Positions 26,463-36,319 of a DNA stretch of 64,000 nt are shown piece after piece. Where the stretch lies: positions 18,692 to 82,691 of IMG/VR virus record IMGVR_UViG_3300031996_000001, one strand, 5' to 3'. Every line of letters starts with the position of its first letter. Position 1 is the first letter of the stretch. The notes under the pieces were generated by a model that saw only the letters and a program-made list of their open reading frames with translations, made no database searches and was not told where the DNA came from. Position numbers and translations under genes: made by a program. Source of the stretch: a virus. Its lineage: Duplodnaviria; Caudoviricetes.

Positions 26463-27088
26463 GCGCTGATCTCCATCGTCATCGTCATCTCGGGGTCGTG
26501 CTCAGGGGTGGTGCGGGGTGCCGGGACCAGTCTGGTCACCGGTGCGAGCGTGGCCGCCTCGGCCCGTGCGCGCCGCTTGGCCGCCAGCCGCTCGAAGCGC
26601 CGGTTCTCCGCCAGCGCCTCGGTGTGCGCCCGGAAGATCTCCTCCGGCGAGACGTAGGCGGGGTTGTCCAGCTCGTCGTCGTCCCAGGCCATCGGCGGCA
26701 GCCAGCCCTTGCGCGCCGCCAGCAGCCGCGTGCGGGACGACGGACCGGCGGTGGCCCAGAGCTGGTCGTAGAGCTTGACCATCGCGTCGTGGGTGGACCG
26801 ATGGACATGACCGCGCCGCATGATGTGGGTGATGTCGAACCGGATCCCGGCCATCTCGATCTGCGTGTCGGTCGTCCAGCCCAGGCAGCACAGCGCCCGG
26901 TACCGCCGGATGAACCCGACCGCGCTGACCCGGGCGGGCATCCCGCGCTTGGCCAGGTAGTCAGAGCGTTTGCGCTGCTCAGAGCGCCGCTTCTTCGCCT
27001 CGGGGGACTTGCAGCCGTAGTAGTAGGCCGACGCCGTGTGGTGGCGCGGGCTCGGACAGGCGGGCACGCACAGCGCGCGGTCAGGCAC
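26459..27088 (-). CDS. Zn-binding plus HTH DNA-binding protein
   Basis: CVPAC..HH..YGCK; RRYRALCCLGWTT..; W..PMAWDDD.LD actinophage pattern. Confidence 0.65.
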   Translation of the reverse strand: MPDRALCVPACPSPRHHTASAYYYGCKSPEAKKRRSEQRKRSDYLAKRGMPARVSAVGFIRRYRALCCLGWTTDTQIEMAGIRFDITHIMRRGHVHRSTHDAMVKLYDQLWATAGPSSRTRLLAARKGWLPPMAWDDDELDNPAYVSPEEIFRAHTEALAENRRFERLAAKRRARAEAATLAPVTRLVPAPRTTPEHDPEMTMTMEISA

Positions 27089-27344
27089 CGAACCCCCGCC
27101 ACTGCAGCATGACCGTGCCGCGCTCCGTGCAGAGCACCACCCCGCAGAGCAGGGCCAGCTTCTTCAGCCCGCGCGCCTCGTCCTTCAGCACCGACCGGCC
27201 GTCGCGGTGCGCCAGCAGCGGGGTCACCCGCCCGTAGATCGTCTTCCCCCGCAGCCGTGTCAACCGGGCGAGCCGCAGCGGCCCCACCCAGACGTCCGCC
27301 GAACTTCCCGTCGCCGCGTGCTCGACCAGCACCAAGGACTTCAT
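27081..27344 (-). CDS. Hypothetical protein
   Basis: ATG 27344 with GGGGAG RBS. Confidence 0.55.
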   Translation of the reverse strand: MKSLVLVEHAATGSSADVWVGPLRLARLTRLRGKTIYGRVTPLLAHRDGRSVLKDEARGLKKLALLCGVVLCTERGTVMLQWRGFGA

Positions 27345-27549
27345 CCCGCTCCCCGCACAGACCCACCGGCGCACCTCCTCGTGTGCGCTCCGTAGATGAT
27401 GTGTCGACGGGGTGCAAGGGCCCTATGGCAGATTCATCCAAACGTGTTACCGGAACATCATCGACTTTCGCTATACCCAGGGAACCCGGCATGTCGCGGT
27501 ACGTTACCGGCTATAGTGCTTCCACATCAACAAGACGCAGGAGGTCTTC

Positions 27550-28566
27550 GTGACCCTCGCCGTACCCGCCGTACCCGCGCTGATCCCGGCGAACACCATC
27601 GCCAGCTACTCCGATCTCGGCAAGCACGGGCAGTGCAAGCGCGCCTGGTGGCTGTCGACCTACCGGCGCCTGCGCCCGCTGGACGAGCCGCCCACGGGCC
27701 CGCTGCCCTTCGGCTCCCGGATCCACGCCGCGCTGGAGGCCTACTACGACGGCACGGTGCCCTCCCCCGTGCTCGCCTGGAGCGCGCTGATGGCCCACGA
27801 GTACGCCGTGGACGAGAGCAACGGCGGGATGCACACCGCGAGCCTGGACAAGGAGTCGAAGCTCGGCCACACCATGCTGGAGGGCTACCTGGAGTGGGTG
27901 GACGAGTCCGGCGAGGACGCCAAGTACGAGGTCATCGGCGTCGAGACCCAGATGGCCCAGCACCTCTCGATCGACGTCCGGGTCGACGGTGAGGAGTACA
28001 CCGTCTCGGTCCTGGTGCGCGGCAAGCTGGACCGCCGTTTGCGCAGGAAGACCGACGGTGCCGTGCTGGTCGGGGACTTCAAGACCACCGCCAGCGTCGC
28101 CGAGACCGCCATCGCCGACCAGCTGGCCAGCCCGCAGCCGCGCCTCTACCTGATGCTGGAGCGCGCCCACGCCGAGCCCGACCAGTGGAGCGCCGGGTTC
28201 GTCATCACGATGCTGCGCAAGGTCCTGCGCACCAAGACGTCGTCCCCGCCGTACTACATGCGCCTGGAGCACACCGTGACCCCGGTGGAGCTGGAGGCCT
28301 ACACCGCCCGCCTCCGGGGCGCCGTGGAGGACCTGGCGACCACCCAGCTGCGCCTGGACAACGGCCGCGACCCGCGCGAGGTGGCCTACTTCAACCCCGG
28401 CTGGTGGTGCAAGAGCTGCCCGTTCAAGCTCGCCTGCGACCTGATGCAGACCCAGCCCGCCGGTGCCGAGGCGATGCTGTCCGACCTGTTCTACGAGGGC
28501 GACCCGTGGACCCGGTACCTGGTCGGTGAGGCCACTGAGGCCGGTGAGGCCTCAACCAACTTCTGA
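27550..28566 (+). CDS. Cas4/RecB-like PD-(D/E)xK exonuclease
   Basis: SYS..CKRAWW, GKLD..GDFKT, CKSCPFKLAC (four Cys); GGAGG RBS. Confidence 0.85.
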   Translation: MTLAVPAVPALIPANTIASYSDLGKHGQCKRAWWLSTYRRLRPLDEPPTGPLPFGSRIHAALEAYYDGTVPSPVLAWSALMAHEYAVDESNGGMHTASLDKESKLGHTMLEGYLEWVDESGEDAKYEVIGVETQMAQHLSIDVRVDGEEYTVSVLVRGKLDRRLRRKTDGAVLVGDFKTTASVAETAIADQLASPQPRLYLMLERAHAEPDQWSAGFVITMLRKVLRTKTSSPPYYMRLEHTVTPVELEAYTARLRGAVEDLATTQLRLDNGRDPREVAYFNPGWWCKSCPFKLACDLMQTQPAGAEAMLSDLFYEGDPWTRYLVGEATEAGEASTNF

Positions 28567-28731
28567 GACAACCCGCTACCGGGGGACTACCGAACGCGAC
28601 GGGGTACTGCTACCGTCTGTCAACGAATCGCACGCCGATCCATCAAGATCAACCGATCCATCCATCAGCCTGAGACATCATCAGTTGTCAACAAACTCTG
28701 TGGTCTCGGGCACCGCACGATCGGAGCCCGC

Positions 28732-29661
28732 ATGTCAACCACCGCGACGCCGAGCCCGGCTGAGCTGAAGGCCGCCAAGGCCGCTCAGACCGGCACTGGC
28801 CTGCACCGCGCGCTGAGCATGATCGTCCACGGCCCGTCCAAGGTCGGGAAGTCGCTGCTCGGAGCGTCCACCCCGCCGCCTCGCGTCATCTTCGACGTCG
28901 AGAGCGCCGCCCGGTTCCTGCCGCTGAAGGCCGTCACCTGGAACCCGGACAACCCGCCGCCGGTCTTCGACGGTACGTGGGACACCGCTGTGATCCCCGT
29001 CCGGTCCTGGCTGGACGCCACCAAGGGCCTGGCCTGGCTGCAGACCGGCCAGCACCCGTTCAAGTCGGCCACGATCGACTCGATCTCGGAGCTGCAGTAC
29101 CGGTACATCGAGCACCAGACCGGCCGCGAGCAGATGAAGATCCAGGACTGGGGCAGTGCGCTCCGCGAGGTCGGTGGGTTCGTCCGTGACCTCCGCGACC
29201 TCACGATGCACCCGACCAAGCCGCTGGAGGCCGTGCTGGTCACCGCGATGACCCGCGAGGACCAGAAGGGCGTGAGCCGCCCGGCGCTGCAGGGCCAGCT
29301 GGGGACGCAGATCCCCTACCTCCCCGACGTCTGCGCCTACCTCTACGTCGAGCCCGACGAGAACGGCGTGGAGACCCGCTACCTGCGCACCCGGCGCACC
29401 AAGGAGTTCGAGGCCGGTGAGCGCGTCGGCGGCCGGATCCCCGAGATCCTGAAGCTGCCGCAGGTCACGGGTTCGACCCTGGAGGAGATCCGGGAGAAGA
29501 ACACCACCTTCGCCAAGATCATCAACATGGTCTTCAAGGAGCTGGCGCCCCTGATCGCCGAGCCCGCGCACATCACCGCCCCTGAAGCTCCGGCCGCTCC
29601 GGCGTCCGGTGACGACGTGTCAACCACCAGCACCGCCAACACCAAGGAGAACGCAGCATGA
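28732..29661 (+). CDS. AAA-family ATPase (Sak4/AAA_24-like)
   Basis: IVHGPSKVGKS Walker A; TIDSISE; PALQG..YLPDVCAY. Confidence 0.85.
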   Translation: MSTTATPSPAELKAAKAAQTGTGLHRALSMIVHGPSKVGKSLLGASTPPPRVIFDVESAARFLPLKAVTWNPDNPPPVFDGTWDTAVIPVRSWLDATKGLAWLQTGQHPFKSATIDSISELQYRYIEHQTGREQMKIQDWGSALREVGGFVRDLRDLTMHPTKPLEAVLVTAMTREDQKGVSRPALQGQLGTQIPYLPDVCAYLYVEPDENGVETRYLRTRRTKEFEAGERVGGRIPEILKLPQVTGSTLEEIREKNTTFAKIINMVFKELAPLIAEPAHITAPEAPAAPASGDDVSTTSTANTKENAA

Positions 29662-30203
29662 GCACCTTCGACTTCGCATCCGAGTTCGAGAGCTTCGGCG
29701 ACGACCTGAAGGGCACCGCCTACGAGGGCGACTTCGTCATGGTCGTCCGCAAGGCGGAGCCGGGCACCACGGCCAAGGGCAAGCAGAAGTTCCAGCTCAC
29801 GCTGGAGTTCGTCGGCGGCCCGAACCACGGCAAGACCGTGCCGCAGCAGCTGGTCTGGAGCCCGGAGAACGACACGGCGGCCAAGATCTTCGCGTCCTCG
29901 CTGCGCGTCCTCGGTGCGCCGCAGGAGTGGATCATGGCCACCAAGCCCACCCCGGAGCAGATCGCGCAGCAGATCACCGGCACCAAGTTCGAGGCCCGCT
30001 GCAAGGCCGGGGAGTTCAACGGCCAGCCGCAGACCAACGTCAGCTTCCGCAAGACGCTGTCGGTGGACACGCCGGTCGCCGGTGCGGCCAAGAGCGAGGC
30101 CGCGTCGGCCGCCGTCTCCCTGGACGACGAGCCCGCCGCTGCGCCATCGGCCGCCGAGGTCAAGGCTGCCGCCGCCGACCCGGACAACCCCTGGGCCGCG
30201 TGA
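29658..30203 (+). CDS. DUF669-like ssDNA-binding protein
   Basis: OB-like beta pattern, acidic tail ending DNPWAA. Confidence 0.7.
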   Translation: MSTFDFASEFESFGDDLKGTAYEGDFVMVVRKAEPGTTAKGKQKFQLTLEFVGGPNHGKTVPQQLVWSPENDTAAKIFASSLRVLGAPQEWIMATKPTPEQIAQQITGTKFEARCKAGEFNGQPQTNVSFRKTLSVDTPVAGAAKSEAASAAVSLDDEPAAAPSAAEVKAAAADPDNPWAA

Positions 30204-30391
30204 GCACCGTCTTCGGGTCGTCACGCGCTGAGCAGGCCGGGGGCGTGACCCTCGGCCAGCTCAGCGACGTGATCGACCGGGCCAAGGCCTACGCGCTGAC
30301 CTTGGGCAAGAGCCCCGATCAGATCGAGCCCAAGGTGCGCGTCACCTTCGGCGGCAAGATCCGCAACATCGAGATCGAGATCGAGGACTGA
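30200..30391 (+). CDS. Hypothetical protein
   Basis: GTGA overlap; MSTVFGSSRAEQ.. Confidence 0.6.
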   Translation: MSTVFGSSRAEQAGGVTLGQLSDVIDRAKAYALTLGKSPDQIEPKVRVTFGGKIRNIEIEIED

Positions 30392-30395
30392 CCCA

Positions 30396-32183
30396 GTGTC
30401 TGCCGTGCCGAACCTCCGGATCGACGTGCTGACCAGCCCAGACCGCGTGAGCGAGTTCTGGGCCTGGTTGACACGGCCGGGCCGGGCCTATGTCGCGGTG
30501 GACCTGGAGACCACGGGACTGGACTGGTGGAACCCGGGATTCCGGATCCGCCTGGCGCAGTTCGGTGACTCGGCCGGGGGCTGGGCCATCCCCTTCGAGG
30601 GGTGGCCCGCCCTCGTGGCCGGGGCCCTGCAGTGGTGCTCCGAGCACCGCGTCAAGATCGTCTTCCACAACGGCATCGGCTTCGACGCGCTGGCCTTCCG
30701 GTCAGCGGGCATCGAGCTGGACTGGTCGATCCTGGAAGACACGATGGTCTGGGCGGCCGTGTCCGGCTTCGCCGACCAGGACCGGATGCTGAAGAACCTC
30801 GCCATGCGCGAGTTCGGCCCGTGGGCTGGCGCCGGTGACCGGCTGCTGAAGACCGGCATGAAGAACGCGGGCTGGACCTGGGCGGATGTCCCGCTGGACT
30901 GGAAGCCCTATCCCCTCTACGGCGTGGTTGACACCTGCATCACCGCTGGCCTCTGGGAGGCCTGGGAGCCGCGCCGCAAGCGCTGGGCGGGCGACCACGC
31001 GCTGGAGGTCGCCACCAGCCGGATCGTCAACAACATGCAGTGGAACGGCGTGGCCACCGACGGCGCCTACCTCTGGGACCAGATCAGTGCCCACGAGGAC
31101 CGCGAGGCCGAGATCCAGGCGCAGCTGAAGGCCCTGGGCATCACCAACCCGGCGCAGAACGGCCAGCTGGAGGTGCTGCTGAAGAAGGACGGCTTCCCGC
31201 TGGAGGAGAAGACCGCCAGCGGCAAGGCCAAGCTGGACAAGGACGTGCTGGAGCACATCGACCACCCGGCCGCCAAGCTGGTCCAGGCCTACCGCTGGAA
31301 CCACCGCGTGCTGGGCACCTACCTCCGGCCGATCTTCGAGGGCAGCGGCGCCGTCCTGGAGCGCGGCACGCTGCACCCCAACATCAAGCCCATCGAGGCC
31401 AAGACCGGCCGGATGAGCGTCGAGAACCCGCCGATGCAGCAGCTGCCGAGCGATGACCCCGTCGTCCGCCGCGCCATCATCGGGCGCACCGACGAGGAGG
31501 TCGTCCTCTCCTCCGACTTCGGGCAGATCGAGCTGCGCCTGTGGGGGTCCATCAACGGCGACCAGGCGCTGATCGACACGATCAAGACCGCCGACGAGAT
31601 CGGCGGGGACTTCTTCGTGGAGGTCGGCAAGGCCGTCTACGGCGAGCCCGACTTCAAGAAGGCCGACCCGCGCCGTCGCCAGCTGAAGTCCACGATCTAC
31701 GCCAAGCTGTTCGCCGGGGGCATCGAGACCGCCGCCGGGCAGGCGGGCGTCAACGTCTACTCCCTGGTGCCGACGTGGAAGCTGCTGGAGCAGACCTACC
31801 CGTCGCTGCAGGACCTGGGCACCAAGCTGATCGAGACCCGGAAGGGCCCGGACGGTGACGAGCACGTCGTCACCAGCCCGTGGGGCCGCGAGTTCAAGGT
31901 CAAGGACCCCACCGAGCGCCGCAAGCTGGGCAACTACGTGACCCAGGGGTCGGCCGCGATCACACTGAAGAAAGCCCTGGTCAGCCTGGACGCCGCTGGC
32001 TTCGGCCCGCACATGATGCTGCCCGTCCACGACGAGATCCTGATGAGCGTGAGCAAGGCCGAGGCCGAGGAGGCCAAGGCCGAGGTCGCCGCGTGCATGG
32101 ACGCGATCATCGACGCCGAGCAGTGGGGCATCGCCGTGACCGCAGAGCCCGGGATCGGCGCCAACTGGGCGGAGGCGCACTGA
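30396..32183 (+). CDS. polA: Family A DNA polymerase with 3'-5' exonuclease
   Basis: AVDLETTG (exo I), SDFGQIELRL (A), KSTIYAKLFAG (B), VHDEI (C). Confidence 0.93.
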   Translation: MSAVPNLRIDVLTSPDRVSEFWAWLTRPGRAYVAVDLETTGLDWWNPGFRIRLAQFGDSAGGWAIPFEGWPALVAGALQWCSEHRVKIVFHNGIGFDALAFRSAGIELDWSILEDTMVWAAVSGFADQDRMLKNLAMREFGPWAGAGDRLLKTGMKNAGWTWADVPLDWKPYPLYGVVDTCITAGLWEAWEPRRKRWAGDHALEVATSRIVNNMQWNGVATDGAYLWDQISAHEDREAEIQAQLKALGITNPAQNGQLEVLLKKDGFPLEEKTASGKAKLDKDVLEHIDHPAAKLVQAYRWNHRVLGTYLRPIFEGSGAVLERGTLHPNIKPIEAKTGRMSVENPPMQQLPSDDPVVRRAIIGRTDEEVVLSSDFGQIELRLWGSINGDQALIDTIKTADEIGGDFFVEVGKAVYGEPDFKKADPRRRQLKSTIYAKLFAGGIETAAGQAGVNVYSLVPTWKLLEQTYPSLQDLGTKLIETRKGPDGDEHVVTSPWGREFKVKDPTERRKLGNYVTQGSAAITLKKALVSLDAAGFGPHMMLPVHDEILMSVSKAEAEEAKAEVAACMDAIIDAEQWGIAVTAEPGIGANWAEAH

Positions 32184-32689
32184 TGCGGCAGGTCGTTCTA
32201 CGGGGGCACCAGCGGATCCTGGCCGTGGACCCGGGCGGCACCACGGGGTGGGTGCTGTTCGAGCCGTCGGCCGAGGTCGAGGACTGGGGCGGCTACGGGA
32301 TCAACGTCATCGAGTGGGGCGAGGAGCCCGACCCGGACGCGGTCGGTGACCTGGTCTGGCGCTGGAAGACCGCGCGGCTGAAGTACGAGCGGTTGACAGC
32401 GATCGTCTGCGAGCGCTTCGTGCCGCGCCCCGGCGTGCGCACCTGGGAGCCCGAGCCCGTCGAGATCGCCGGGAACCTCCGCTGGCTGATCGGCAAGGAG
32501 CGCTTCTTCCTGCAGCAGCCCTCCGACGCCAAGGCCTTCGGCACCGGCACCAAGATTCACAAGTACACCCGGGGCTGGGACCTGCCGTTCAACGTCGGCC
32601 GGGGCGGCGCCGGGCACGCGCACGATGCGCTGCGCCACGCGCTGCTGTTCACCAACGTCCGCTGGAGCCCCGAGGAGGCCGCAGCATGA
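32183..32689 (+). CDS. RuvC-like Holliday junction resolvase
   Basis: ILAVDPGGTTGW, IVCERF, HAHDALRH. Confidence 0.8.
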   Translation: MRQVVLRGHQRILAVDPGGTTGWVLFEPSAEVEDWGGYGINVIEWGEEPDPDAVGDLVWRWKTARLKYERLTAIVCERFVPRPGVRTWEPEPVEIAGNLRWLIGKERFFLQQPSDAKAFGTGTKIHKYTRGWDLPFNVGRGGAGHAHDALRHALLFTNVRWSPEEAAA

Positions 32690-33006
32690 CCGTCCTGGCC
32701 CTGATGTCCCCGGAGACCGCCGTCGAGCGTCTGGCGGCGCTGAGGGCGCTGCACCAGCCCTTCGGGATCTACGACGAGTGCGGGCACGACCACACCGAGG
32801 AGGACTTCGAGGCCGGTCGCTGCATCGAGGTCGACCTGATCGGCTACACCTGCGAGGAGGGCCTGCAGTACCGGATCTGCACGCACTGCTGCACCGACGA
32901 CGCGACCTTCGAGCAGTACCAGACCGAGCGCTGCGCCGAGGGCCACGACCACGGCGCCGGGGTCCCGATCTGCAAGACGATGGCCATCCTGGAAGGCGCC
33001 GCGTGA
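32686..33006 (+). CDS. Cys/His-rich hypothetical protein
   Basis: LRALHQP..CTHCC..CKTMAIL pattern. Confidence 0.7.
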   Translation: MTVLALMSPETAVERLAALRALHQPFGIYDECGHDHTEEDFEAGRCIEVDLIGYTCEEGLQYRICTHCCTDDATFEQYQTERCAEGHDHGAGVPICKTMAILEGAA

Positions 33007-33227
33007 GCGCCCAACGTCTGGGTGAAAAGTCCATCCGGCGCTTGGAACGGGCCACTGGCCAGGACATTCTTCGTGCCTGGGGCAACGGCGGCTACGTGCT
33101 GTCGTTCGTGGCCACCGCCCACCGGCACGGCTGGTTCGACAAGAAGACCGAGCAGTGGGGCTGGGACGACGCGCCTGTCCAGCACTACGTGAGCTGCCGC
33201 GAGCTGTTCCCCGAGGAGTACCGATGA
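33003..33227 (+). CDS. Hypothetical protein
   Basis: GTGA overlap. Confidence 0.55.
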   Translation: MSAQRLGEKSIRRLERATGQDILRAWGNGGYVLSFVATAHRHGWFDKKTEQWGWDDAPVQHYVSCRELFPEEYR

Positions 33228-35164
33228 CCGCAGTCCTGAGCAAGCCGGTTGACACGAGCAAGTTGGCGTCCGCGACCCCGGGGATCTACCCCTACGAGCT
33301 GACCAGCGGCAACTACGCCGGGCGGATGGCCGTCTACGTCCCGCCGACCTACATGCCGCGCGTCCAGCAGATCCCCGGCGCGCGGTACTCCAAGGGCGAC
33401 CAGGTCTGGACGCTGCCCAAGGCCTACCCGGCCGTGCTCTCGCTGTCGGCGATGGCCAAGGAGACCGGGCTGCGGATCCTGCCGCACCCGGAGCTGAACG
33501 CCTGGGTGATCGAGCAGAGCAAGCACTGGAAGGCCCTGCGCGCCCTGTCGGCCGCGTACACGCCCGGCGCGACCAAGGGCCCCGACGACCTGTTCTACCC
33601 GCACCAGGAGGACGACGGGGAGTGGTTCGCCTACGGCGACGGCGTCGAGCCGATGCGCGCCCGGCTGCTGCTCTCGGAGACCGGCATCGGCAAGACCGCC
33701 GGGACGATCAACGGGATGCGCAAGCTGGGCCTGCCCGCCGAGGGTCGGCCGGTGCTGATCGCCGCGCCCAAGAAGACCCTGAAGACCGCGTGGGTGGACG
33801 ACCTGGAGCAGTTCCTGCCCGGCGCCGTGGTGTCCCTGGCGCGCGGCACGGTGACGCAGCGGCGCAAGGCCATCCAGAAGGTGGCCGACGGTGAGGCGAA
33901 CGTGCTGGTCATCGGCTGGGACTCGCTGAAGACCCACACCCGCTTCGCCGCGTTCCCCGGCCAGGCGCTGAAGAAGTGCGAGGCCTGCGGCGGGCCCAAG
34001 CAGTCCGAGGAGAACGCCGTCTCCGAGACCCGGTGCCAGAAGCACGAGAAGGAGCTGAACGCCATCGACTGGGCCCTGGTCGTCGGCGACGAGCTGCACC
34101 GGGTGATGAACGCGACCAGCCAGACCACGATGGCGCTCTGGGGCCTCGTGCGCTCCGCGCCGGAGGCGTTGCGCTGGGGGCTGACCGGCACGCCCGTGTC
34201 AACCGAGGTCGAGCAGGCCTGGACCCTGCTGCACTACGCCGACGCCGAGGCGTGGCCGGTGAAGTCCGCCTGGGTCGACTACTACGCCGAGTCCGGCTAC
34301 AACTACTCCGGCTACTACGAGACGTCCGGCTTCAAGCCCGCGCGCCACCAGGAGTTCCAGGACGTCTTCAGCGGGATCACCCGGCGTCGCCTGAAGGCCG
34401 AGGTGCTGGACCTGCCGCCGCTGCTGATGGGTGGCGGGCTGATCCGCGAGGTTGACATGGCCAAGGAGCAGGCCGCCGCGTACAAGCAGATGCGCGAGGA
34501 GATGCTGCTGAAGGTCTCCGAGGGCGTCATCGTGGCCGCCAACCAGATGGTCGCCGCCGGTCGGCTCACCATGCTGGCCAGCGCCACCGGCTACCCGGAG
34601 GACCCCGAGGCGACCGGCGCGAGCACCGAGGACGACGTCCCGGTGAAGATGCTGCTGCGGATGCCCAGCGGGAAGATCGACGCGGTCATCGAGGACCTGA
34701 AGTCCGGCGAGTTCGGCACCGACTCCGTGGCCATGAGCCTGGAGTCCCGGCGGCTGCTGCGGCTGCTGGAGGGCCAGATGATCGAGGCCGGGATCGGCCC
34801 GGACCAGATCGCGGTGATCGCCGGGGACATGAGCCAGGCGGCCTGTGATCAGGCGATCTACGACTTCCAGGACGGTAAGAAGCGCTACATGCTCTACACC
34901 TACGCGGCCGGAGGCACGGGCGTCACGCTGACCGCCGCGCGCTGGCTGCTGCGGGTCCAGCGGTCCTGGAGCCCGATCCTGTGGAAGCAGGGACTGGACC
35001 GGGTGCACCGCATCGGCTCGGAGCGGCACGACTCGATCAACGTGGTCGACTACATCACCAGCGGGACGATCGAGGAGAAGCAGATCGACCGCCACGGCGA
35101 GAACACCCACCTGCTGGAGCAGGTCGTCCAGGACAAGCCGAAGCTGAGTGCCCTGTTCGAGTGA
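33224..35164 (+). CDS. SNF2-family helicase
   Basis: SETGIGKT, VVGDELHR, GLTGTP, AGGTGVTLT, QGLDRVHRIG. Confidence 0.9.
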   Translation: MTAVLSKPVDTSKLASATPGIYPYELTSGNYAGRMAVYVPPTYMPRVQQIPGARYSKGDQVWTLPKAYPAVLSLSAMAKETGLRILPHPELNAWVIEQSKHWKALRALSAAYTPGATKGPDDLFYPHQEDDGEWFAYGDGVEPMRARLLLSETGIGKTAGTINGMRKLGLPAEGRPVLIAAPKKTLKTAWVDDLEQFLPGAVVSLARGTVTQRRKAIQKVADGEANVLVIGWDSLKTHTRFAAFPGQALKKCEACGGPKQSEENAVSETRCQKHEKELNAIDWALVVGDELHRVMNATSQTTMALWGLVRSAPEALRWGLTGTPVSTEVEQAWTLLHYADAEAWPVKSAWVDYYAESGYNYSGYYETSGFKPARHQEFQDVFSGITRRRLKAEVLDLPPLLMGGGLIREVDMAKEQAAAYKQMREEMLLKVSEGVIVAANQMVAAGRLTMLASATGYPEDPEATGASTEDDVPVKMLLRMPSGKIDAVIEDLKSGEFGTDSVAMSLESRRLLRLLEGQMIEAGIGPDQIAVIAGDMSQAACDQAIYDFQDGKKRYMLYTYAAGGTGVTLTAARWLLRVQRSWSPILWKQGLDRVHRIGSERHDSINVVDYITSGTIEEKQIDRHGENTHLLEQVVQDKPKLSALFE

Positions 35165-35170
35165 TCACAA

Positions 35171-35209
35171 AGTTGACAGAGTTGATCGTTCGCCATACTC
35201 TGGGCCGCA
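35171..35209 (+). promoter_or_regulatory. SigA-like leaderless promoter
   Basis: TTGACA 35173-78, variant GTTGAT 9 nt later, TACTCT 35196-201, 7 nt, ATG 35209. Confidence 0.7.
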
Positions 35210-35520
35210 TGACCACAGCTACAGCAACGGTGACCGAGCAGGAGCCGCGCAAGACGCGCTCTCGCGTCCTGTTCGAGCCGTTCGAGCAGGTGGCCGAGAC
35301 CGTCCGGGCCAACCCGGGTCAGTGGCACCTGGTCGGCGGCGGACCCAAGGAGCGCTACGGCGTCTTCAGCCAGACCGCCTACCGGATCCGGCGCGGTGAC
35401 ATCGCCGCGTTCCACGAACCTGTAGGTGGGACGTGGGAGGTCCAGGTGTCAACCGACACGACCGTCCCGCGCGAGTACCCGGTGGAGGTCTACCTCCGCT
35501 TCGTGCCCGTCAAGGGCTGA
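35209..35520 (+). CDS. Conserved actinophage putative DNA-binding protein
   Basis: VRANPGQW..AYRIRRG..AF..VYLRFV pattern. Confidence 0.7.
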   Translation: MTTATATVTEQEPRKTRSRVLFEPFEQVAETVRANPGQWHLVGGGPKERYGVFSQTAYRIRRGDIAAFHEPVGGTWEVQVSTDTTVPREYPVEVYLRFVPVKG

Positions 35521-35536
35521 CCAGGCGGTACCTCAC

Positions 35537-35568
35537 GAGGCCCGTCCCGCGTTTGCGGGGCGGGCCTC
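35537..35568 (+). terminator. Terminator hairpin
   Basis: GAGGCCCGTCCCGC-gttt-GCGGGGCGGGCCTC. Confidence 0.7.
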
Positions 35569-35651
35569 TCGCGTATCCAGGCGGGACAGCAGCGCGTTAC
35601 CACATCGGTACGGTGTGTGCCGATCCCAGCTTCCCGACGTGAGGTGCCCCC

Positions 35652-35990
35652 ATGACTGCTCGCAAGCCCGCCGCCAAGGCCGACGAGACCCCCGCCGAGG
35701 CCCCCGCCGAGGCTCCCGAGGTCCAGGCCGACGAGGCTCCCGAGGCCCCCAAGGGCGTCGACACCAAGGCCCTGGGCGAGTCGCCCGAGGTCACCGACGG
35801 TGTCTCGGCCGACGTGCAGGCCGTGCGCGACGCGCACGCCAACCTGCCGGTGCTGGAGGTGCTGCCGACCCACGCCGCCGAGGAGACGCAGTCCGAGGTG
35901 CTGGAGCGGCTGAGCCGCGAGCGCAAGGCCCAGCAGCTCGCCTCGGACCTCGTGCCCGACAACGCGCCCGCCGCGCCCGACGCCGAGTAG
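35652..35990 (+). CDS. Acidic Ala/Glu/Pro-rich hypothetical protein
   Basis: ORF track, GAGG RBS. Confidence 0.7.
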   Translation: MTARKPAAKADETPAEAPAEAPEVQADEAPEAPKGVDTKALGESPEVTDGVSADVQAVRDAHANLPVLEVLPTHAAEETQSEVLERLSRERKAQQLASDLVPDNAPAAPDAE

Positions 35991-35998
35991 CGGTTGAC

Positions 35999-36319
35999 AT
36001 GACCGACCCGACGCCGTTCCAGCCGGACCCGGTGCCGACGCCGACGCCGGTGGTCGACGCGGGCCAGGTCTCTGGACTGATCAGCGCGCTGATCATCACC
36101 GTGGTGACCTTCGTCTTCGAGGTCGTCGGCCACGCTGACACCAACGCGCTGATCCAGACCGTCACCGCTGTCGTGGGTGCGGCTGCCGCCCTGGTCACCT
36201 ACTTCACCCAGGTCGCGCAGGCGAAGAAGGCAGCGGCCAAGGTGACGCCGCTGGCCAAGCCCAGGGACAACCTGGGCCGTCGTCTCATCCCCCACCCCGA
36301 GGATGTCCGGGCCGCCTGA
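35999..36319 (+). CDS. Holin-like protein
   Basis: Two TM helices then basic ..AKVTP tail typical of actinophage holins; ATG overlaps GGTTGACAT. Confidence 0.65.
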   Translation: MTDPTPFQPDPVPTPTPVVDAGQVSGLISALIITVVTFVFEVVGHADTNALIQTVTAVVGAAAALVTYFTQVAQAKKAAAKVTPLAKPRDNLGRRLIPHPEDVRAA

